Of a stretch of DNA of 64,000 nucleotides, positions 25,893 to 36,660 are shown one piece after another. The notes under the pieces were generated by a model. The model ran no database searches. It was not told the origin of the DNA and saw only the letters and a program-made list of their open reading frames with translations. Each line of letters starts with the position of its first letter. Positions within the stretch are counted from its first letter, which is position 1. Origin of the DNA: Eledone cirrhosa (lineage: Eukaryota). The translations under genes and the position numbers were made by a program. The stretch is taken from the NCBI GenBank assembly GCA_964016885.1, contig OZ024743.1, forward strand, positions 177,816,001-177,880,000. Reading direction: 5' to 3'.

Positions 25893-26342
25893 CTTGGTGA
25901 GGAGGGTGATATTCGGATACCTTGCGGGATGAAATACAAAACCCAGCAAAGGGCGGAGGAACTCATCAAGTCAATGGCCATTCAAATAGTAGTTTGTTTT
26001 TTGTTGTTGTTTTTTTTTTGTTTTTGTTTTTTTCTCCAGGCAGTGAAAAGCCCCAGTTGTCACAACACCTTTCTAAGAGAGGGAAACTCTAAAAAAAAAC
26101 GTGCGGCTTCGGAAACATCCGATGATGTTGACCAGTTCACGTTTTCGGGGAGTGTTTGCGATGCTCAGAGAGTGGGATTGGTCGAGTGCAAGGTCTTTCC
26201 CCACTTAAAGAACCTTCAAAGCACAGGCATTGCTTGTTGAGGATCAGTTACAGTGTCGTGTAGCTGGCCATAGCCTAAACGTGCACCAAACTCTATAATC
26301 TGACAAGCGATTGCAATACTCTTAGCAGAGTTTGCAGCCATC
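25893..26342 (+). mobile_element. Divergent relative of the (TATG)n-associated retroposon
   Basis: Shares GAGAGTGGGA..GTGCA..CACT..GCACAGGCATTG and the terminal hairpin plus GCAGCCA; flanked by similar TATG/GATG repeats. Confidence 0.65.
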
Positions 26343-26387
26343 GTGTATGTATGGATGGATGAATAGATGGATGGATATTTATATGTA

Positions 26388-26746
26388 CTAGTAGAAAAAC
26401 CACTCTTCGGGTGGTTTTTCTGCTGGCATGTATAGTGTGTATATTGATATTATACGCAGGTATATATGCATGTAGATATGATCAAATAAAATCGTAATTG
26501 ACAATATCCACAGAAATTGAACGAAGACTGCGTTACACTGTCTTATGTAATCAGTAATGTAATCCATGATACATTAAAAAGGACGGTATTATATATAAAC
26601 TGCATTGGGAGAAAATTAGTGACAGAAAATTAGTATGTTTATTTAAAGGATGGCCAACCGGAGGTGTTGACATTTCAAAAATTTTAAAGAAGTAAATCTT
26701 TAAATAAACAAAATATATTTAATCAACAGCCACGAAATTTAGTAGA
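26388..26746 (-). mobile_element. Non-autonomous Helitron (about 360 bp)
   Basis: On the minus strand starts TC after A, ends CTAG before T, with subterminal hairpin CCACTC-TTCG-GGTGG; second partial copy at 7958. Confidence 0.7.
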
Positions 26747-26783
26747 TAAATTATGTAATATTCATTCATTATTTAACCAAAGT

Positions 26784-26963
26784 GGATTGGCAGTATCGGT
26801 AAGGGTCGGACGCCATGCTTTGAAGCATAGAGTTACCTCCCTTTATGATCTGAGTTCAAATCCCGCCGAGGTTAACTTTGCCTTTCATCCTTACGGGGTC
26901 GATAAAATAAAGTACCAGTAATGCACTGGAATAATTGCTGGCCTTGTGCCAAAAGTAGAAACA
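26784..26963 (+). mobile_element. Nin/Deu-like SINE with 16-bp TSD
   Basis: TSD ATTATTTAACCAAAGT at 26768-26783 and 26964-26979. Confidence 0.9.
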
Positions 26964-27298
26964 ATTATTTAACCAAAGTAATCTAACTTATTTTACTAAT
27001 GGGATAACAAATTATAAACCGTACGCAGTCCCGCGCTCCTTACTGTATTATAGTTTAGATATATGTATGAATGTATATATGTATATATATGTATGGATGA
27101 CTGGTTGTGTGTGTGAGACATATGTATGTGTGTGTGTGTGTGTACATGTACGTCTGCGCATATGTAGTTATTTACGTATGTATGAATGTATGTATGCATG
27201 TATGTGTGTATGTATATATATGTATGTCTGTATGTATGTATATTTGTGTATGTATGTATGTGGGTATGTGTATGTATGCATGTATGTATGTATGTATG

Positions 27299-27608
27299 TT
27301 GTTCTTCTTTTTGGTAAATATCATCTTGGTTAAGAGAGTGGGACTGGCTTTGTGCAGTGCCTTTGCTCACTATAAAAGCTTCACAGCACAGGCATTGCTT
27401 TATATCTGGAGATCTCTCTGCACTTGTCATCACATGGTACCATGGGCCCTGCACTATGTGTCAATAATGGTCACAAGTGTAGTCTTTGTACCAGAGTTTT
27501 CAAGTCGCTGACTGGACTAAAAAGTCACATTCGTTCAGCGCATCGGTAGGGGTTCTCCTACATGGATATAAAGTAGTGGCCGTACTCGAAAACGAGTTGG
27601 CAGCCACC
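27299..27608 (+). mobile_element. Copy of the (TATG)n-associated non-coding retroposon
   Basis: Highly similar to 23976-24285; (TATG)n on both sides. Confidence 0.85.
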
Positions 27609-27744
27609 ATGTATGTATGTACATGTATGTATATATGTATGAATGTATGTATGTATGTATCTATATATCTATCTATCTATAACCTACGGCTCAGTAGTTA
27701 CTGGTGATGTTTATCTTTTCGTCTTTTCGGATTATAGCTACTGT

Positions 27745-27895
27745 CACCCAGAGAGTGGGATTGGCTCAGTGCACAGTATTTCCTCACTTTTAAACAAATC
27801 TTCACGCACAGGCATTGTATGATAGAATTAATTGATAATTATTAATTATGTTATATCGTACAATGTCCATACTCGATAACGAGGGGGCAGCCATC
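27745..27895 (+). mobile_element. Short divergent relative of the same retroposon
   Basis: Same two conserved blocks with a shorter spacer; tail is CAT/TATC-like. Confidence 0.6.
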
Positions 27896-27919
27896 ATCAT
27901 CTATCTATGTATTTAGCTA

Positions 27920-28004
<85 letters not shown>

Positions 28005-28479
28005 TCACTGAAAATGACTCTACTTTGAACAAGACATCTTCCATGGATTCACAAATACGTCAGACATTTAGTATGTGATTATATGTAGGTGTCTGTGTAG
28101 TTGTACTGACACTCTTGTTGTCGATGTGCTAATCTTTTTAACACGTGAATGTGCGAGCGTGTACACGAATACTTTCTATACCATGTGATTCTATGAATAT
28201 GGTCTTGTCGGTAAACTCAAATGGAAAATCTTTGGAATATGTGCAAACTTATTCATTGAAGGATGCGTGTCAATTTAATTTGTTCTTTTTTCGTATACCA
28301 CGACATTTGCAAACTTGTATGTAAATCTGTAGTGACATAGACTTGTGAACCTATGATAATAGGTCAAAATAGAGGTCGAAAACCATGATATACGAGCTGT
28401 AAGTGTTGCATGTATTCTCCTTAAATATTTTCTTCTAAACATTTTAGATGATAGTCACACACAGATGACATCAACAAAC

Positions 28480-28710
28480 AATAATTTCTGATTCGGGCAC
28501 AAGGCCAAAAAAAAATTTTTTTTTTTGGGGGGGGGGGGGGGGATTTATTAAATCGACCCGAGTACGTTACTGGTACTTTATTTTAACGATCCCGTAAGGA
28601 TGAAAAGTAAAGCTAACCTCAGCGGGATGTGAACTCTTAATGTAAAGGGCCGTAACTATATACCACTAAGCATGTTGTCCGATGGTTTACCGATACAACC
28701 AATCCACAGC
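28480..28710 (-). mobile_element. Nin/Deu-like SINE
   Basis: Similar to 3135-3348, including the poly-T/poly-G segment. Confidence 0.75.
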
Positions 28711-29019
28711 CCTTGCATGAGGTTTGTTCTTTGTCCCTTAAAAAACATCAGGTGTGTTGTGTTTGCCCCAGATGTCTGCTTTTACACTAGAATAACTGAT
28801 GTTTCAAACATGTGGATGTGGATGCATTCTCTAATTTTTTTTTTCGTTTTTTGTTATTACAAGCCATTTCTTGCTTTGGCAAGTCATTGTTTTATTCGTT
28901 GACCAAGTTTCCACGAGGGTCAGGTTATTTAGTACTGATAGCTTCACAGTCAGGCTGTTGTAATGTGACCTAGTCATACAGCGGGTCTAAACACATCTGA
29001 CTAATAAATGACAAGTCAG

Positions 29020-29215
29020 TCAATCATATTGGTGGCCTCCCCACAGGCCGGCGGACAGAATAGAGGAGACGTTTCCCCGAAGGATGGCAAGGGAGACGCG
29101 CTGGAAAAGCCACTCCAACTCGCGGGGCTCACACCTGAGGCTGGCCAGCTCAGTGCGTATCGTGGTGAGTAGGGAGGTAGCCCTAGGGCCGAGAACACCA
29201 GAAGTCTCCACTGCT
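29020..29215 (-). mobile_element. CRE-clade retrotransposon 3' fragment
   Basis: ETSGVLGPRATSLL...EPRELEWLFQRVSLAILRGN. Confidence 0.8.
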
Positions 29216-30689
29216 CTTGGATCAATTTAGAAAGTAAATGACAGCGACAATAGTGTATGTACTGTTACAGCAAGATGTTTGTTTTACAATTTAGTAGCAG
29301 CTTGACGTTCTACTAAGGCCTTACAGTGATTTAACCCAGCAGACTACAACTATTTCCATCATGTGAACTGGCGCATATAATGGGAATCAAAATTAATAAT
29401 GATCAAAATAAATCTACATTAGTGTATTTAATTGCGGTTCTTTAATTTAACACCCCAATTCCACCCAACCTGGATATACATCAAATTTGGCTCCCATTTT
29501 CCGATAAATATGGAATAGGTACCAGATAGGTAATAAGAGTTATTTAATAGACTGTAACAGTCCCTGGAAAAATTTAACTTTGTGTTAAATTTAAACGATT
29601 AAATATATTGTCTGAAATTTATTTTCTAAAGAAGACAAAAATCAGTTAGATTTTAAAATTAGAAATTGAGCTAAAATTTATTTTTAGCTAAAATCTGAGA
29701 ATAGATATAATTTGGAGAGATACTCTTCAAAAGTTAATGAGGTTAATCATTTATAATTAGCTTTATTCATAATACATAGCGCGAGATAAATAAATTTGTT
29801 GATTAATTTCTTCTTTAAAAGGTTGTATCATATATTGTAACAGAATGTCACACAACCGATACTATTCTGTAAGAAAAACCATGTAATAAACTGTAAAGCT
29901 TAAAATAGACAAACCATAGTTATATACTGTTGTAATTTTTTATAACATAGTTTAGTCATCGCCAGTTACACTCGAAGAGGTAGCTAGACAATACTGTTAT
30001 AACAACAACAAACTAAATCAATAATATAGAATAATAGATGTTCATGTTCATAGACATGGTTTAATAAGATTATATCATTTAATTGAATTCTTGTGATATT
30101 AAGCGTTTTACTGTAACACTTCGATTGTATCAAGTCTGTTAATTAAGAAAATGAACGATAAATGAAAATATAATGTAAATCAGCAAAAGATCGTCTGATA
30201 AATTGTTGTTAAAAGAGGATCTGAAACATACATAGGAAAATGTTACAAAATATGCATTAATATCAGCAGAAAATTGAAGTTATCAGCCTAACATTTCACC
30301 CACAGAAAATCTCAGTGTGTTATAGGAAAGCTAATGTAACAAAATAAACACTAGATAGTGGAAAGAAATTCTCAGGAGAGCTGGACAGCAGACGGTCTTC
30401 AATGAAGAAAACCCACCCCAAGCAAGTGTTTCCGGATTTAACTTGGTTAATTTGGAATATTCTCAGCAAAAATATTTGTTTAAATCCAATTATTTATTTA
30501 TTTATTTTCCCTGTAACTGCTGAGGAAGTCGTAGGGCGCCGTAGTGACATACGACGTTTTTAAGGTATTTTTGAAAACCTGGCGCAGACCGTTTCATGTC
30601 CAGGTCCGAACACATCAGATTTCTTCAAGAGAAGGATAGAAAGAGAGAGAGAGAAACTAAGAAAAATATATAGAGGAAGAATCGCCCCC

Positions 30690-31070
30690 GATACTATATT
30701 GGAACTTTTGTTATTGCCCTCGAAAGGACGAAAGGCAAAGTTGATATTGACGAGATTTGAACTAAGAGAAGAGGGTCAGAACGAATACCAGAAGCACTCT
30801 AACAATTCTGCCAATTCGCCGCCTTTAAACCCAAGCAAGCAATTGTTATTCTTTATAAAACGTAGGGGGGGGGGGGGATTGGCAGTATCGGTAGAGGGTC
30901 GGACGCCATGCTTTGCAGCATAGAGTTGCGGCCCTTTATGATCTGAGTTCAATCCCGCCGCGGTTAACTTTGCCTTTCATCTTTACAGTCACGCACTGGG
31001 GTCGATTTAATCGACTTTCCCCTCCCCCCAAAATGCTGACCATGTGCCTATATAAGAAACCAATATTTCG
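30690..31070. mobile_element. Two divergently oriented decayed Nin/Deu-like SINEs
   Basis: Minus-strand copy at about 30690-30825, plus-strand copy at about 30878-31070. Confidence 0.65.
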
Positions 31071-31366
31071 AAAAAGGTACATTAATGATGGTGATGCGCT
31101 TTAACTGAGGACGCCAGCGTCTGCTAGCTATGCTTGTGAGATATGAGTTCGGCTCAGTAAGGAGAGAATACAAATTCTCAATTATTACTACTATCCTACT
31201 CTAACCGTTGAACGCAACATAATCAGTGAATAACGAATAGGATACACACACACACACACGCACACACTTGCACACACACTCGCACACACACACACACGCA
31301 CACACACACACTCGCACGCACACAGACACACACACACACACTCACACACTCTCTCTCACACACACA

Positions 31367-32110
31367 CATGGTTAAAATATGAATAGAGCAACAAAATCTT
31401 TTGGTGGTCGTGAAATGTCATTCCCATTCCAACTTGCACTAAATAGTTGCAAGTTCTCAGAAATATTCAATAAATGCGTAAATATATTGACAACAATTTT
31501 TCTTCTCAAAATTCAGCACCGGTGGGTGGCAAAGAAATGGGACCTACCAGTCCATTAGGGGGCTGGTGGTTTCAGCAACAAAAGTGAAAAGTACACAAAA
31601 ATCAACAATAACACCCATAAAATGCAACATTTTAAAAACACTAGCAACATTTGTCATCTTCGAATTTTAATAATCTTGGTGGTTTAGTAAGTCTTTCTTG
31701 AGAATGAAAACCAATATTATCCCGTGACACTTTTCCAGATTCGACTAAGCCCCGTAAACCACCGAAACATTCTCAAGAAAGACTTACTAAACCACCAAGA
31801 TTATTAAAATTCGAAGATGACAAATGTTGCTAGTGTTTTTAAAATGTTGCATTTTATGGGTGTTATTGTTGATTTTTGTGTACTTTTCACTTTTGTTGCT
31901 GAAACCACCAGCCCCCTAATGGACTGGTAGGTCCCATTTCTTTGTCACCCACCGGTGCTGAATTTTGAGAAGAAAAATTGTTGACAATATATTTACGCAT
32001 TTATTGAATATTTCTGAGAACTTGCAACTATTTAGTGCAAGTTGGAATGGGAATGACATTTCACGACCAGCAAAAGAAGATTTAGTTGTTCTATTCATAT
32101 TTTAACCATG
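31367..32110. repeat. Long inverted repeat (about 340-bp arms, 61-bp spacer), possibly Penelope-like
   Basis: 31367-31706 is a near-perfect reverse complement of 31768-32110; flanking (CA)n and (TG)n tracts extend the symmetry. Confidence 0.9.
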
Positions 32111-32299
32111 TGTATGTGTGTGTGTGTGTGTGTGTGAGAGAGAGTGTGTGAGTGTGTGCGTGTGTGTGTGCGAGTGTGTGTGCGAGTGTGTGTGCGAGTG
32201 TGTGTGCGTGTGTGTGTGTGTGTGCGAGTGTATGTGCGAGTGTGTGTGTGCGAGTGTGGGAGTGTGTGTGCGAGTGTGCGAGTGTGTGTGCGAGTGTGC

Positions 32300-32370
<71 letters not shown>

Positions 32371-32534
32371 GCACTAAGTTGCATAAATATCTTATAGTAA
32401 AAGCAATAATTGAATTTGAAATCGTCCTTCGCATCAATCTTCTCAAACGTTGTGCATTGCGACTGATTTTGATTTGTGCCAAAATCTCCCTTATCTATAA
32501 TCTTGCAATAAATATTTTATTCTCTTCGTCACAG

Positions 32535-32830
32535 TGAAGGCAAGTGGCCTAATGTTTAGTATGTTTGGCGTGCGATTGTGATGTCATCGGTTTGATTCGA
32601 GGCCTGGGTCGTGTATGTGCCTTTTTTTTTTTTTTTAGCAAAACACTTTATTTCACGTTATTCCAGTACACTCAGCTGAGATGTGTGAGTACCAGCAGTA
32701 CCTGGAGAGTTGATCCTGCAATAGACTAACATCATGTCCTGGTAGGAGTATTGTACTCTCAATCACTTAACATCAAGGAAACCGGGGATAAGCACTTGTC
32801 TGATGGGACTTCGGCTTAGAACAGATTTTA
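32535..32830 (+). mobile_element. CORE-like tRNA-derived SINE
   Basis: AGTGGCCTAATG head, GGTTTGATTC B-box-like motif, AGCAAAACACTTTATTTC, ACCGGGGATAAGCAC. Confidence 0.7.
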
Positions 32831-32929
32831 ACTACTAATGTTGTTTCTTTTAGCAGCCATTAACACAAGATAAGGAACAGAAAAATATTTGATTTGTGTA
32901 TGTAACGTGGTGTGGTAAATAAATATTAA

Positions 32930-33175
32930 CATATACACCAGGTCCGAATACAAAGGAACCAAACTCCTACTGTCACTGCCCTCGTCTCTCCCGCTCTTTC
33001 CATTTCACATATACAACAGGTCCGAACATAAAGGAACCAAACACCCACCGTTACTGCCTCCGTCTTTCCCGCTCTCTCCATCTCTCACTATTATATACAT
33101 ATACATCAGGTCCGAACTCAATGGAACTAAACTCCCACTGTCACTGCCTCTATCTCTCCTGCTCTCCCCATCTAT
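32930..33175. repeat. 78-90 bp tandem repeat (3 copies) next to a CRE 3' end
   Basis: CAGGTCCGAA at 32939, 33017 and 33107. Confidence 0.8.
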
Positions 33176-33189
33176 TATAAGAAAATGGG

Positions 33190-33370
33190 GGTCCACTTGC
33201 TGGCCGCCCCACAGCCCCGGTGGACAGAATAGAGAAGGCGATACCCGGAGGATGGTGATGGAATGGTGCTGGAAGAGCCATTCCAGCTCGCGAGCCTCAC
33301 ACCTGCAGGTAGTCAACTCTGTGCCGATGATGGTGAGTAGGGAGGGGGCCCTAGGGCCAAGGAAACCAGA
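33190..33370 (-). mobile_element. CRE-clade 3' fragment
   Basis: RCEARELEWLFQHHSITILR; homologous to 29020-29215. Confidence 0.75.
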
Positions 33371-33419
33371 AGTCGCCTCATGTTATTATATGATAATTTT
33401 GACTTGGCATCAATCATCT

Positions 33420-33600
33420 ACGGACGGCCACAAACCCCGGTACTGCGGCCCGCAATGCAGAGAAAAAGAGGACAAATAGATAGTGGGGATTGCCTGTCGT
33501 TTCCTCTTAGCACCGGTCGCTGTTGAGACTTCGGGCGTACTTGGACCCCGTACTGCCGAGATCCTCCGCAAAATCGCGGGAAAGCTTTTGCGGTCTTGTC
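33420..33600 (+). mobile_element. CRE-clade endonuclease fragment
   Basis: AERKEDK...RFLLAPVAVETSGVLGPRTAEILRKIAGKL. Confidence 0.7.
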
Positions 33601-33974
33601 CGCGGAGTGCAGCCTCAACACCGCAGCACCCTAGGCCCAGAGCCCATCCCCCTCCACATTCTTCTGTGACACTTGCCTTTCCATTCCTTTTCTATTTTCA
33701 TAACTACAAAAGACACTTGAATATTCAATATAACTCTACTTTGGGTAGTAAGTATTACAAAGTTGTATAATATATAGTGTACCGTTCACAGTAGTTCTAC
33801 TTACTGCACCACTTCATTCTACTGCACCGCCATCTTGTAAACGAAATATGTAGATGTATGCCTTATTTTTCTGCTTTTGTTTAGTTTTTTGTTTTGTTTT
33901 GTTTTGTTTTTCATCATCGATTTAGTTACTGCTTTTCTCATCTACTTTTATTTTTCACTGCTCGAAGTCACTAA

Positions 33975-33993
33975 TTCTCGCTCTCTTTCTCTT

Positions 33994-34045
<52 letters not shown>

Positions 34046-34239
34046 ATTCTATCTCTTTCTTTCTCCCTTTCTCTCTCAATGTCTTTGACATTCTATCACT
34101 TACTTTCTTTCTTTCTCTCTCACTATCGCTCTGTCTCCGTATTTCTCTCTCTCTCTTTCTCTCTCCTTCTCTCTCTCAGCTTTCTATCTCTTTCTCTCAC
34201 TCTTTCCCTTTCTCACTGTCTCTGCCTTTTTATCTGTCT

Positions 34240-34336
<97 letters not shown>

Positions 34337-34642
34337 TCTCACACACACACGCCAGAGACAAAGGTATTCAGTAAACCTCATTATATGAAATGTAAAGCAA
34401 ATTGATAAATAATTGTTGTTTAGAAATATGTCCAAGTATCTACTCACAAGTCTATAACATATTTTAAAATATGTTTGGAAAACGTTTCTACGTCTCGCCT
34501 CCGCCCCCTCCTCCTCTCTCACCTTCATTATTTTTATGTAACAATCCTTTGTTCCACTTCTGATAAAATTCACTGCACATTCTATCTGTAGACTTGGTCT
34601 TCACATTATTAATTTGCTTATAATACCGCCTCCTCTCTCTCG

Positions 34643-34733
<91 letters not shown>

Positions 34734-34810
34734 CCTCTCTCACTTTCTGCCCCCTCCCTCTCTTTACCTATCTCTCTTTTTCTTTCATTCTCTTTCTCTC
34801 TCCCCCTCCC
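33975..34810. repeat. (CT)n/(CA)n-rich low-complexity region
   Basis: Direct reading. Confidence 0.9.
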
Positions 34811-35740
34811 TGCTATGTATTATAACAGTTCCACCTATCTATTTCGTTTTCTGTTTCCCCTTCTCTATCTATCACCCATCTTTGCAATATGTACAATACT
34901 CTGCAGTTGCCTTGTAAACATTTTATTCATCATCCAAAGTTATTTCATTAAAAATATAATAAACACACGCTGTAGAATGCTTCAGGTCAACCACGTGTCT
35001 TCAAATATGGTTCGTTAATTTGTCGTGGAACTAACTCTATACCGATCTCGTCGTATGGACTGAGTGATCTACCAACTATGGATATGACCTGCCGGTTTAT
35101 CACTAAAATAGCCGTTAAAACAGCTCTCGGGACAGGTTTAACTTGACAGCTAATTTTACTTCTGACTCAGTCTTGTTGTTGCTCTCTACTCTCAGGGCGG
35201 GCTTAACTCTACAGCTGCTTTTAATTATATCAGTTAGCCAACTCTGACGGATCAGATACTATCTTAGAAGCGACATGTTACATATGCTAATGTGGGCCAA
35301 AGGTTGGACGGTGACTGTCTGTGACATATGCTAATATGGATCAGGGGTTAGACCAGTGATATATGCCAATGTGGGCCAGAGGTCGGACTGTGACTGTCTG
35401 TGACGAATGCCAATTAAACCGGAGGCCTTCTTCTGGATTCCATCTAAGATGTTTGTATGTTTAGCAGCAACACCGTCCTACATGTGTGAGCTGCACTCTA
35501 TTTTGATTCTTACCCGACATTAATTGGATCTTTCACTGGTTTGGTTTCAATCATTTGAACTATTTGACTAGTTTGCAGTGATATTGAAGCAACATCTATA
35601 AAATGTTTGACTAACTCAGCCATCTTTAAAATTATTTCGATTTAATACTTATTTAGGTGATCTTTGTTTTCCGAAATACTACGTTACAGGGACAAAGGCA
35701 AGAACACATACATAGACACATACACTGTCTATCTGTTTTC

Positions 35741-35814
<74 letters not shown>

Positions 35815-36660
35815 CCATCTGACTCTTTCTCTTTTTTTCACTCACACACACATACAAACGTGCACTATCTCTCTGTTTTGCTATCTCTCTCGCCGTCGTT
35901 CTCTCTATATGTATCTGTCTATCTCTATTTCAAACACACACGTTGTCTTTCTGTTTTCCTATCTCCCTCTGTATCTCTTTCTCTCTCTCCCTCTCTCTCT
36001 CTCTCTGTCTCTCTCTCTCTTTATTCTACACACACACACACACACTTAATATACAATGTCTGCTTCCAATAAAATATTTATGCAGTGTTGTAATTATAAT
36101 TCTTCCAAGAAATTGTTTACCAACTGTGTCATCTGATTCCTCAGTTAGGTTAAAGCACAATCTGAAATTATGATCTGGACCTAACTTACTTAACCCCTTG
36201 TTTAATCACTTTCTCTGAAGTCATAACCATACTGCTTCAATAGGGATACGGCTATTTAAATTATAAATGTATCACAAGGAACCAACACTAATTATAGCTC
36301 TAACCTTAGGTTACATGGGTGACAAAAAAGGCTCAGTTGTTCGGATATCCGATTAAAAATACCTCGGTATTTGTTCCGGATCATTGCCCATCTGATTTCT
36401 AGTTTTGCCGAGATCAACTTTACCAGGAATACTTTTGAAATTGATAAAGTACCTCTTAAGTACTGAGTCGATTCTTCCGCTAGCTCATGTTATCTTTCTT
36501 TCTTTCAGGATAAAATCTACCGTGTTCTGACCTGGAGATTTATTGGCTTCACCAGGTTTAAATTATACAGGATATGGTGGGTTTCAGAACGGCACCCCTA
36601 CAACTACCTTAGGAAGTAGGCATTTTACTCTTTTATTTGATTGTGTAATCCAATTTCAGT

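Noticed and set aside
26165-26230. Canonical HDV-like ribozyme
   Set aside because: P1/P2 pseudoknot present, but only 10 nt for P3-L3 and no P1.1 GG; kept only as an unknown structure.
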